A stretch of DNA of 64,000 nucleotides from positions 81,282,001-81,346,000 of the forward strand of contig NW_025963779.1 of the NCBI RefSeq assembly GCF_023055435.1, written 5' to 3'. Positions 51,094-64,000 of the stretch are shown piece after piece. Below the pieces are notes generated by a model. It was not told the origin of the DNA and searched no databases. It saw nothing but the letters and a program-made list of their open reading frames with translations. The translations under genes and the position numbers were made by a program. This DNA is from Haliotis rufescens. Its lineage: Eukaryota. Position 1 is the first letter of the stretch. Each line of letters opens with the position of its first letter.

Positions 51094-54000
51094 TTTGGAA
51101 GGCTGAAAAGGAGTTTTTCATTCATTATTCAAGTCTGTAAGAAAATCCGTTTCTGTACCAACTTGTGGTCGCTATTCTACACTTTTTTATTTTGTTGCTT
51201 TAAGTAGAACTTTATCTGATTTGAAAACTAAAAACACATTTGGAGGATTCAATCAATATTACAAATAGTAATCAGTAAAAGTTTGAAATAGCATTACAGC
51301 AACAACTACTGACTAACACTCATAAAACGGCAACGTAAAATACAGCGTTAACAGGGACAGGCTGAATACCCCGTAAAACACAAAACAACTGATACTCACA
51401 GAGTGTGTTGATTAGACTGGATCTAAACGTGAAGAGAGGCGACAGCAGTGATAGCTAGTGCTTGAAAACAAGACGCTTATATACACCTGTATTCGGTCCA
51501 CACCCGGAACTGACTAATTACAAGTATATTATCTAATTCAGCACCAATTTGCAACACCTTTTAAGAATCATTGCTAACAGAATTCCGTTTCCCTATGCCC
51601 CCAGGGACTATGTCCAATGCAATGTATGTGTGTAGGTGCGGGCGAATGATTAGGGAAGTAATTACATCACTGACAAATGACCCGTGATGAAATTGCGTCG
51701 ATATGCGTAGATTCGTCTATAAATACCGATACAGATGAGCATAGCCAGTCTTTTCCTATGAGTTTTGTGAAAAAAAACAATTCTATCACAATGACCCAGT
51801 AACGGGTATTGTTATAATTGTAATAATAAAAGACAGCGTGTAATTCATTTCACCTCCTAGATGGTTACTCTATAAAGTAATATCTCTTAAAGGAAAGTCT
51901 TCCCAAACATACATGGAGAGCAGGTTACCTTCCGAACATGGTGCTTCGATCCATTTTACCACCATTCTTTTTCGACATGTGTATGTATAATATACATGGC
52001 TTTCCTAAAAGCTTATAACTTTCCCCATTTCTAGGCATCGGTTTGGGATGGGTCGTTGTTGCTGCGCTGTGGATCCTTATATTTGATATTCATCTCACCT
52101 CTGACATTTAAATAAGGATTCGCTGACTTACATCGTATCTGCTCCTAATTATAAATTACCTNNNNNNNNNNNNNNNNNNNNNNNNNNNNNNNNNNNNNNN
52201 NNNNNNNNNNNNNNNNNNNNNNNNNNNNNNNNNNNNNNNNNNNNNNNNNNNNNNNNNNNNNNNNNNNNNNNNNNNNNNNNNNNNNNNNNNNNNNNNNNNN
52301 NCTGCTAAAACATTCTTGAAACTCTTGAACGACAAGGTGTCACCATATACTTTTGCATAGCCCATTGTATACTTTTATTAAGAACAACATTGACAAACGA
52401 ACATTCTACTCATAATTTGATTAAGGCATGCAAGCCCTATATATTTCCTATCAATTCATTTATTTATACTTCACTATCTGGATGATAACTGCAAATGATA
52501 ATTATATTTAATGTAATGATGCTCCATGTTACGGTCATGAAGAAAAGTCAGTGCAGATTTAATGTTCACATTTCAGCAGTGACTCTTCACGCACGCCTCT
52601 AGTAACACGGTTAAAAAACCTGTTGAAACAGTTCCTGTTAAAGAACAGATCTCAATGTATTTCATATGTAGTGTGATCTACAAATGGAACCTGCATTTCA
52701 TAGAAAGAAATATATCATTGATTACAATGTAACAACATCGGAGCTCTGAAAGGGTCTTCCTATATCATTAATACTGAAAAAGAGGAATGTGCAGTGGGGA
52801 GTATGGCTAATCAAGGAGTTGTATGTAAGGTGAGGTGAGGTGATATGGGGTTTAACGTCGCGTCCAAGATTATTGCACTTATATAGCGACGTGCATGCAC
52901 GTGTATGTGTGTGTGTGGCTGCTTGTACTACTCCGGACTGATGCCGATTTATAGTGCTAGCCCACTGAGATACCATGCCGCAGTTTAACATGAATACCCC
53001 ACTCAGACAGAGTATATTGACTCCGAGCCGACCAGTCCTTGTTTTAGCCCCTTAATGCCGAGTGCCAGACAGGGTAACAACAAGTATCATCTTTTAACGT
53101 CTTTTGGTATGACGCGGCTGGGGATCGAACCCCGGACCTTCCGCTCTCCGGGCGGACGCTCTACCATTAGACCACGGAGGCGGTACAGTTGTATGTAAAG
53201 AGCATACGGCAAAGGGATAAATGTAGGATGGTAACTAAAGCTGCGGAATGGCTTGACTATGCAGCCACGGAATGGTACGACTGTATGGGGGCACATTTCA
53301 AACCTTGTGACTGTCCATTCTTGCCATTACCAAAAACCTGTCGAGTCGTTTATTACTTTCCCAAGAAAGCTTAATAATAATCCTTACTTTTACAGATGGC
53401 ATATAGGTTTAGGTGCTTCTCACGTATAAAGAATGCCGACATTTGCATTTTTGTAAATTTCATCATGGACAGAGAGTGTTGGATACTACAGAAGACTAAT
53501 GGTAAACATTTGTTTGTGTGTTACCGAAGGCACACGATCAGGTGGCTATTATATATGAATATGTGACCTTGTTATGGAACATTAATTGCCAACTTCTGTT
53601 CTTGTTGTTTTCCAGACTACGTGCTTGTCGCTTTGTTTGTTTGTTTGTTTGTTTGTTTGTTTAACGCCGCACTCGACAATATTTCAGCTAAATTACGGCG
53701 GTCTGTAAATATTCCAGTCTGGACCAGACAATCCAGTGATTGACACTATGAGCATCGATCTATGCAATCGGGATACAATAACATGCATCAACCAAGTCAG
53801 CAAGCCTGACCACCCGATCCCGTTAGTCGCCTCTTACAGCAAGCATGGGTTGCTGAAGACCTATATTCTAAACCGGATGCTCACGGATCCGGGCTGCAGG
53901 GACGAGAGTCAACACTGTAAAGTTGATCAATGTCATTGAGGAATATACATATCTGAACCACCATATTGCATACAAACAACTTTCACCTGCGAATGAATGA

Positions 54001-54463
54001 CACTTTTTTAGAATCCTACGCTATTTCTGTCAATAACAGGTACTCGGTGCCACATGCTTGTCGTAAGAGCTGACTTATGAAGGCGACCAGATGTTTATTG
54101 TGTGTGACCTGACTGATTGTGCGTCACCGTGCCGCATGGTTTTGTGCCTCTGCCATGGTGTAATTTGACAAAGGCTGACTGTAGCGTTAAACAACACTCT
54201 CTCATTCACCCACTCATTCGCTCATGCCAGTAAACTAGTATACGCGTTTCACTTTCATTTTGATGATTTATATCTCACTGTTCCGATACAACTCTCTTAA
54301 TAACATTTTTTTCCTTTTGTAACATAGCCCCAACACTACTATGAATAAAAAACGTAAGACATTGTTTCAATGATTGTGTTTTATGTGACATATTTCAAAC
54401 CGGATACAATAAATAATGTACATATTGATGATGCAGATGAATTGTGACTCTGGAGCGACAACC

Positions 54464-55002
54464 TTAGTAGTAGCCATATCCAATACCTGCAACAAAAAGA
54501 AGAGGTTTTTGTTTAAGAATATTTTCCGTACAAAGTCATTTCTACGTCTCGTAATAATTTCTATATTCAATATATCGATAGGTTAGTTATGCTGCATGTG
54601 TCCAATGAAGGTGGAAAATAAGTTTGGTGTAATTAGCTTACTTATAATCTGTCAAAGTATTAGGTATATGTGAGGGTCAATAATATTCTCGGCATGATTG
54701 TATTTGCATTTACCTTTTCCGAAACCTCCGATTCCTCCGTACAGTCCTCCTAGTCCGTGGCCTCCGTATAGACCACCCATTCCGTAGCCTCCGTATAGAC
54801 CACCCATTCCGTAGCCTCCGTACAGTCCTCCCAAACCGTAACCTCCGTACAGACCTCCCATTCCGAAGCCTCCGTACAGACCACCCATTCCGTAGCCTCC
54901 GTACAGACCACCCTTTCCGAAGCCTCCGTGCAGACCATAGCTCACAGGCTCAGCAAAGGCAGCGACAGCCAGACAGGCAACAAGGGCGATAACTTTCATC
55001 AT
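54464..55002 (-). CDS. Secreted Gly/Tyr-rich repeat protein, copy 8 (join 55002-54714, 54486-54464)
   Basis: Intact ORF, splice sites and TATA; consensus protein. Confidence 0.9.
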
Positions 55003-56087
55003 TTTGGAAGGCTGAAAAGGAGTTTTTCATTCATTATTCAAGTCTGTAAGAAAATCCGTTTCTGTACCAACTTGTGGTCGCTATTCTACACTTTTTTATT
55101 TTGTTGCTTTAAGTAGAACTTTATCTGATTTGAAAACTAAAAACACATTTGGAGGATTCAATCAATATTACAAATAGTAATCAGTAAAAGTTTGAAATAG
55201 CATTACAGCAACAACTACTGACTAACACTCATAAAACGGCAACGTAAAATACAGCGTTAACAGGGACAGGCTGAATACCCCGTAAAACACAAAACAACTG
55301 ATACTCACAGGGTGTGTTGATTAGACTGGATTTAAACGTGAAGAGAGGCGACAGCAGTGATAGCTAGTGCTTGAAAACAAGACGCTTATATACACCTGTA
55401 TTCGGTCCACACCCGGAACTGGCTAATTACAAGTATATTATCTAATTCAGCACCAATTTGCAACACCTTTTAAGAATCATTGCTAACAGAATTCCGTTTC
55501 CCTATGCCCCCAGGGACTATGTCCAATGCAATGTATGTGTGTAGGTGCGGGCGAATGATTAGGGAAGTAATTACATCACTGACAAATGACCCGTGATGAA
55601 ATTGCGTCGATATGCGTAGATTCGTGTATAAATACCGATACAGATGAGCATAGCCAGTCTTTTCCTATGTGGTCTGTGAAAAAAACCAATTCTATCACAA
55701 TGACCCAGTAACGGGTATTGTTATAATTGTAATAATAAAAGACAGTGTGTAATTCATTTCACCTCCTAGATGGTTACTCTATAAAGTAATATCTCTTAAA
55801 GGAAAGTCTTCCCAAACATACATGGAGAGCAGGTTACCTTCCGAACATGGTGCTTCGATCCATTTTACCACCATTCTTTTTCGACATGTGTATGTATAAT
55901 ATACATGGCTTTCCTAAAAGCTTATAACTTTCCCCATTTCTAGGCATCGGTTTGGGATGGGTCGTTGTTGCTGCGCTGTGGATCCTTATATTTGATATTC
56001 ATCTCACCTCTGACATTTAAATAAGGATTCGCTGACTTACATCGTGTCTGCTCCTAATCATAAATTACTTAATTCAAAACACAAACT

Positions 56088-56179
<92 letters not shown>

Positions 56180-58358
56180 GTACGCCCTCTGCTAAAACAT
56201 TCTTGAAACTCTTGAACGACAAGGTGTCACCATATACTTTTGCATAGCCCATTGTATACTTTTATTAAGAACAACATTGACAAACGAACATTCTACTCAT
56301 AATTTGATTAAGGCATGCAAGCCCTATATATTTCCTATCAATTCATTTATTTATACTTCACTATCTGGATGATAACTGCAAATGATAATTATATTTAATG
56401 TAATGATGCTCCATGTTACGGTCATGAAGAAAAGTCAGTGCAGATTTAATGTTCACATTTCAGCAGTGACTCTTCACGCACGCCTCTAGTAACACGGTTA
56501 AAAAACCTGTTGAAACAGTTCCTGTTAAAGAACAGATCTCAATGTATTTCATATGTAGTGTGATCTACAAATGGAACCTGCATTTCATAGAAAGAAATAT
56601 ATCATTGATTACAATGTAACAACATCGGAGCTCTGAAAGGGTCTTCCTATATCATTAATACTGAAAAAGAGGAATGTGCAGTGGGGAGTATGGCTAATCA
56701 AGGAGTTGTATGTAAGGTGAGGTGAGGTGATATGGGGTTTAACGTCGCGTCCAAGATTATTGCACTTATATAGCGACGTGCATGCACGTGTATGTGTGTG
56801 TGTGGCTGCTTGTACTAGTCCGGACTGATGCCGATTTATAGTGCTAGCCCACTGAGATACCATGCCGCAGTTTAACATGAATACCCCACTCAGACAGAGT
56901 ATATTGACTCCGAGCCGACCAGTCCTTGTTTTAGCCCCTTAATGCCGAGCGCCAGACAGGGTAACAACAAGTATCATCTTTTAACGTCTTTTGGTATGAC
57001 GCGGCTGGGGATCGAACCCCGGACCTTCCGCTCTCCGGGCGGACGCTCTACCATTAGACCACGGAGGCGGTCCAGTTGTATGTAAAGAGCATACGGCAAA
57101 GGGATAAATGTAGGATGGTAACTAAAGCTGCGGAATGGCTTGACTATGCAGCCACGGAATGGTACGACTGTATGGGGGCACATTTCAAACCTTGTGACTG
57201 TCCATTCTTGCCATTACCAAACACCTGTCGAGTCGTTTACTACTTTCCCAGGAAAGCTTAATAATAATCCTTACTTTTACAGATGGCATATAGGTTTAGG
57301 TGCTTCTCACGTATAAAGAATGCCGACATTTGCATTTTTGTAAATTTCATCATGGACAGAGAGTGTTGGATACTACAGAAGACTAATGGTAAACATTTGT
57401 TTGTGTGTTACCGAAGGCACACGATCAGGTGGCTATTATATATGAATATGTGACCTTGTTATGGAACATTAATTGCCAACTTCTGTTCTTGTTGTTTTCC
57501 AGACTACGTGCTTGTCGCTTTGTTTGTTTGTTTGTTTGTTTGTTTGTTTGTTTGTTTAACGCCGCACTCGACAATATTTCAGCTAAATTACGGCGGTCTG
57601 TAAATATTCCAGTCTGGACCAGACAATCCAGTGATTGACACTATGAGCATCGATCTATGCAATCGGGATACAATAACATGCATCAACCAAGTCAGCAAGC
57701 CTGACCACCCGATCCCGTTAGTCGCCTCTTACAGCAAGCATGGGTTGCTGAAGACCTATATTCTAAACCGGATGCTCACGGATCCGGGCTGCAGGGACGA
57801 GAGTCAACACTGTAAAGTTGATCAATGTCATTGAGGAATATACATATCTGAACCACCATATTGCATACAAACAACTTTCACGTGCGAATGAATGACACTT
57901 TTTTAGAATCCTACGCTATTTCTGTCAATAACAGGTACTCGGTGCCACATGCTTGTCGTAAGAGCTGACTTATGAAGGCGACCAGATGTTTATTGTGTGT
58001 GACCTGACTGATTGTGCGTCACCGTGCCGCATGGTTTTGTGCCTCTGCCATGGTGTAATTTGACAAAGGCTGACTGTAGCGTTAAACAACACTCTCTCAT
58101 TCACCCACTCATTCGCTCATGCCAGTAAACTAGTATACGCGTTTCACTTTCATTTTGATGATTTATATCTCACTGTTCCGATACAACTCTCTTAATAACA
58201 TTTTTTTCCTTTTGTAACATAGCCCCAACACTACTATGAATAAAAAACGTAAGACATTGTTTCAATGATTGTGTTTTATGTGACATATTTCAAACCGGAT
58301 ACAATAAATAATGTACATATTGATGATGCAGATGAATTGTGACTCTGGAGCGACAACC

Positions 58359-58924
58359 TTAGTAGTAGCCATATCCAATACCTGCAACAAAAAGAAGAGG
58401 TTTTTGTTTAAGAATATTTTCCGTACAAAGTCATTTCTACGTCTCGTAATAATTTCTATATTCAATATATCGATAGGTTAGTTATGCTGCATGTGTCCAA
58501 TGAAGGTGGAAAATAAGTTTGGTGTAATTAGCTTACTTATAATCTGTCAAAGTATTAGGTATATGTGAGGGTCAATAATATTCTCGGCATGATTGTATTT
58601 GCATTTACCTTTTCCGAAACCTCCGATTCCTCCGTACAGTCCTCCTAGTCCGTGGCCTCCGTATAGACCACCCATTCCGTAGCCTCCGTATAGACCACCC
58701 ATTCCGTAGCCTCCGTACAGTCCTCCCAAACCGTAGCCTCCGTACAGACCTCCCATTCCGAAGCCTCCGTACAGACCTCCCATTCCGTAGCCTCCGTACA
58801 GACCACCCATTCCGTAGCCTCCGTACAGACCACCCTTTCCGAAGCCTCCGTGCAGACCATAGCTCACAGGCTCAGCAAAGGCAGCGACAGCCAGACAGGC
58901 AACAAGGGCGATAACTTTCATCAT
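58359..58924 (-). CDS. Secreted Gly/Tyr-rich repeat protein, copy 9 (112 aa; join 58924-58609, 58381-58359); one extra GGLYGGYGM repeat
   Basis: In-frame 27-nt gain relative to the other copies; splice sites and TATA intact. Confidence 0.9.
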
Positions 58925-61900
58925 TTTGGAAGGCTGAAAAGGAGTTTTTCATTCATTATTCAAGTCTGTAAGAAAATCCGTTTCTGTACCAACTTGTGGT
59001 CGCTATTCTACACTTTTTTATTTTGTTGCTTTAAGTAGAACTTTATCTGATTTGAAAACTAAAAACACATTTGGAGGATTCAATCAATATTACAAATAGT
59101 AATCAGTAAAAGTTTGAAATAGCATTACAGCAACAACTACTGACTAACACTCATAAAACGGCAACATAAAATACAGCGTTAACAGGGACAGGCTGAATAC
59201 CCCGTAAAACACAAAACAACTGATACTCACAGAGTGTGTTGATTAGACTGGATCTAAACGTGAAGAGAGGCGACAGCAGTGATAGCTAGTGCTTGAAAAC
59301 AAGACGCTTATATACACCTGTATTCGGTCCACACCCGGAACTGAGTAATTACAAGTATATTATCTAATTCAGCACCAATTTGCAACACCTTTTAAGAATC
59401 ATTGCTAACAGAATTCCGTTTCCCTATGCCCCCAGGGACTATGTCCAATGCAATGTATGTGTGTAGGTGCGAGCGAATGATTAGGGAAGTAATTACATCA
59501 CTGACAAATGACCCGTGATGAAATTGCGTCGATATGCGTAGATTCGTGTATAAATACCGATACAGATGAGCATAGCCAGTCTTTTCCTATGAGTTTTGTG
59601 AAAAAACCCAATTCTATCACAATGACCCAGTAACGGGTATTGTTATAATTGTAATAATAAAAGACAGTGTGTAATTCATTTCACCTCCTAGATGGTTACT
59701 CTATAAAGTAATATCTCTTAAAGGAAAGTCTTCCCAAACATACATGGAGAGCAGGTTACCTTCCGAACATGGTGCTTCGATCCATTTTACCACCATTCTT
59801 TTTCGACATGTGTATGTATAATATACATGGCTTTCCTAAAAGCTTATAACTTTCCCCATTTCTAGGCATCGGTTTGGGATGGGTCGTTGTTGCTGCGCTG
59901 TGGATCCTTATATTTGATATTCATCTCACCTCTGACATTTAAATAAGGATTCGCTGACTTACATCGTGTCTGCTCCTAATCATAAATTACTTNNNNNNNN
60001 NNNNNNNNNNNNNNNNNNNNNNNNNNNNNNNNNNNNNNNNNNNNNNNNNNNNNNNNNNNNNNNNNNNNNNNNNNNNNNNNNNNNNNNNNNNNNNNNNNNN
60101 NNNNNNNNNNNNNNNNNNNNNNNNNNNNNNNNNNNNNNNNNNACATTCTTGAAACTCTTGAACGACAAGGTGTCACCATATACTTTTGCATAGCCCATTG
60201 TATACTTTTATTAAGAACAACATTGACAAACGAACATTCTACTCATAATTTGATTAAGGCATGCAAGCCCTATATATTTCCTATCAATTCATTTATTTAT
60301 ACTTCACTATCTGGATGATAACTGCAAATGATAATTATATTTAATGTAATGATGCTCCATGTTACGGTCATGAAGAAAAGTCAGTGCAGATTTAATGTTC
60401 ACATTTCAGCAGTGACTCTTCACGCACGCCTCTAGTAACACGGTTAAAAAACCTGTTGAAACAGTTCCTGTTAAAGAACAGATCTCAATGTATTTCATAT
60501 GTAGTGTGATCTACAAATGGAACCTGCATTTCATAGAAAGAAATATATCATTGATTACAATGTAACAACATCGGAGCTCTGAAAGGGTCTTCCTATATCA
60601 TTAATACTGAAAAAGAGGAATGTGCAGTGGGGAGTATGGCTAATCAAGGAGTTGTATGTAAGGTGAGGTGAGGTGATATGGGGTTTAACGTCGCGTCCAA
60701 GATTATTGCACTTATATAGCGACGTGCATGCACGTGTATGTGTGTGTGTGGCTGCTTGTACTAGTCCGGACTGATGCCGATTTATAGTGCTAGCCCACTG
60801 AGATACCATGCCGCAGTTTAACATGAATACCCCACTCAGACAGAGTATATTGACTCCGAGCCGACCAGTCCTTGTTTTAGCCCCTTAATGCCGAGCGCCA
60901 GACAGGGTAACAACAAGTATCATCTTTTAACGTCTTTTGGTATGACGCGGCTGGGGATCGAACCCCGGACCTTCCGCTCTCCGGGCGGACGCTCTACCAT
61001 TAGACCACGGAGGCGGTCCAGTTGTATGTAAAGAGCATACGGCAAAGGGATAAATGTAGGATGGTAACTAAAGCTGCGGAATGGCTTGACTATGCAGCCA
61101 CGGAATGGTACGACTGTATGGGGGCACATTTCAAACCTTGTGACTGTCCATTCTTGCCATTACCAAAAACCTGTCGAGTCGTTTACTACTTTCCCAAGAA
61201 AGCTTAATAATAATCCTTACTTTTACAGATGGCATATAGGTTTAGGTGCTTCTCACGTATAAAGAATGCCGACATTTGCATTTTTGTAAATTTCATCATG
61301 GACAGAGAGTGTTGGATACTACAGAAGACTAATGGTAAACATTTGTTTGTGTGTTACCGAAGGCACACGATCAGGTGGCTATTATATATGAATATGTGAC
61401 CTTGTTATGGAACATTAATTGCCAACTTCTGTTCTTGTTGTTTTCCAGACTACGTGCTTGTCGCTTTGTTTGTTTGTTTGTTTGTTTGTTTGTTTGTTTG
61501 TTTAACGCCGCACTCGACAATATTTCAGCTAAATTACGGCGGTCTGTAAATATTCCAGTCTGGACCAGACAATCCAGTGATTGACACTAAGGGCATCGAT
61601 CTATGCAATCGGGATACAATAACATGCATCAACCAAGTCAGCAAGCCTGACCACCCGATCCCGTTAGTCGCCTCTTACAGCAAGCATGGGTTGCTGAAGA
61701 CCTATATTCTAAACCGGATGCTCACGGATCCGGGCTGCAGGGACGAGAGTCAACACTGTAAAGTTGATCAATGTCATTGAGGAATATACATATCTGAACC
61801 ACCATATTGCATACAAACAACTTTCACGTGCGAATGAATGACACTTTTTTAGAATCCTACGCTATTTCTGTCAATAACAGGTACTCGGTGCCACATGCTT

Positions 61901-62304
61901 GTCGTAAGAGCTGACTTATGAAGGCGACCAGATGTTTATTGTGTGTGACCTGACTGATTGTGCGTCACCGTGCCGCATGGTTTTGTGCCTCTGCCATGGT
62001 GTAATTTGACAAAGGCTGACTGTAGCGTTAAACAACACTCTCTCATTCACCCACTCATTCGCTCATGCCAGTAAACTAGTATACGCGTTTCACTTTCATT
62101 TTGATGATTTATATCTCACTGTTCCGATACAACTCTCTTAATAACATTTTTTTCCTTTTGTAACATAGCCCCAACACTACTATGAATAAAAAACGTAAGA
62201 CATTGTTTCAATGATTGTGTTTTATGTGACATATTTCAAACCGGATACAATAAATAATGTACATATTGATGATGCAGATGAATTGTGACTCTGGAGCGAC
62301 AACC

Positions 62305-62843
62305 TTAGTAGTAGCCATATCCAATACCTGCAACAAAAAGAAGAGGTTTTTGTTTAAGAATATTTTCCGTACAAAGTCATTTCTACGTCTCGTAATAATT
62401 TCTATATTCAATATATCGATAGGTTAGTTATGCTGCATGTGTCCAATGAAGGTGGAAAATAAGTTTGGTGTAATTAGCTTACTTATAATCTGTCAAAGTA
62501 TTAGGTATATGTGAGGGTCAATAATATTCTCGGCATGATTGTATTTGCATTTACCTTTTCCGAAACCTCCGATTCCTCCGTACAGTCCTCCTAGTCCGTG
62601 GCCTCCGTATAGACCACCCATTCCGTAGCCTCCGTATAGACCACCCATTCCGTAGCCTCCGTACAGTCCTCCCAAACCGTAACCTCCGTACAGACCTCCC
62701 ATTCCGAAGCCTCCGTACAGACCACCCATTCCGTAGCCTCCGTACAGACCACCCTTTCCGAAGCCTCCGTGCAGACCATAGCTCACAGGCTCAGCAAAGG
62801 CAGCGACAGCCAGACAGGCAACAAGGGCGATAACTTTCATCAT
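62305..62843 (-). CDS. Secreted Gly/Tyr-rich repeat protein, copy 10 (join 62843-62555, 62327-62305)
   Basis: Intact ORF, splice sites and TATA; consensus protein. Confidence 0.9.
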
Positions 62844-63928
62844 TTTGGAAGGCTGAAAAGGAGTTTTTCATTCATTATTCAAGTCTGTAAGAAAATCCGT
62901 TTCTGTACCAACTTGTGGTCGCTATTCTACACTTTTTTATTTTGTTGCTTTAAGTAGAACTTTATCTGATTTGAAAACTAAAAACACATTTGGAGGATTC
63001 AATCAATATTACAAATAGTAATCAGTAAAAGTTTGAAATAGCATTACAGCAACAACTACTGACTAACACTCATAAAACGGCAACGTAAAATACAGCGTTA
63101 ACAGGGACAGGCTGAATACCCCGTAAAACACAAAACAACTGATACTCACAGAGTGTGTTGATTAGACTGGATCTAAACGTGAAGAGAGGCGACAGCAGTG
63201 ATAGCTAGTGCTTGAAAACAAGACGCTTATATACACCTGTATTCGGTCCACACCCGGAACTGAGTAATTACAAGTATATTATCTAATTCAGCACCAATTT
63301 GCAACACCTTTTAAGAATCATTGCTAACAGAATTCCGTTTCCCTATGCCCCCAGGGACTATGTCCAATGCAATGTATGTGTGTAGGTGCGGGCGAATGAT
63401 TAGGGAAGTAATTACATCACTGACAAATGACCCGTGATGAAATTGCGTCGATATGCGTAGATTCGTGTATAAATACCGATACAGATGAGCATAGCCAGTC
63501 TTTTCCTATGAGTTTTGTGAAAAAACCCAATTCTATCACAATGACCCAGTAACGGGTATTGTTATAATTGTAATAATAAAAGACAGTGTGTAATTCATTT
63601 CACCTCCTAGATGGTTACTCTATAAAGTAATATCTCTTAAAGGAAAGTCTTCCCAAACATACATGGAGAGCAGGTTACCTTCCGAACATGGTGCTTCGAT
63701 CCATTTTACCACCATTCTTTTTCGACATGTGTATGTATAATATACATGGCTTTCCTAAAAGCTTATAACTTTCCCCATTTCTAGGCATCGGTTTGGGATG
63801 GGTCGTTGTTGCTGCGCTGTGGATCCTTATATTTGATATTCATCTCACCTCTGACATTTAAATAAGGATTCGCTGACTTACATCGTATCTGCTCCTAATT
63901 ATAAATTACCTAATTCAAAACACAGACT

Positions 63929-64000
<72 letters not shown>

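Larger units (their letters stand above)
26590..64000. repeat. Head-to-tail tandem gene array, ~3.9 kb unit, at least 10 copies, truncated by window end
   Basis: The same ORF set recurs with periods 3872, 3904, 3893, 3892, 3952, 3895, 3909, 3895 and 3946 bp. Units are near-identical apart from scattered SNPs, (CT)n and (GTTT)n lengths and one 27-bp coding insertion. Confidence 0.98.

Overview
AT-rich animal genomic DNA with spliceosomal introns, microsatellites and dense SINEs; the repeat families look molluscan, probably abalone (Haliotis), which is recognition from memory rather than a search result. Bases 1 to ~25.6 kb contain no intact gene that I can support. They hold four SINE families (many with clean target-site duplications), three MITEs, and decayed Tc1, Penelope-like RT and PIN/FEN-like element remnants. 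From ~26.6 kb to the window end there is a head-to-tail tandem array of a ~3.9 kb unit with at least 10 copies, running off the right edge. Each unit carries an intact minus-strand three-exon gene: TATA/Inr, a non-coding exon 1, then coding exons 2 and 3. It encodes a 103-aa secreted Gly/Tyr-rich protein made of a signal peptide, 9-aa GGLYGGxGx repeats and a spliced GIGYGYY tail. The 116-aa ORFs in the track read into intron 2 and have the wrong C-terminus. A diverged relic of the unit spacer, interrupted by a Harbinger fragment, lies at the left edge and records the history of the array.
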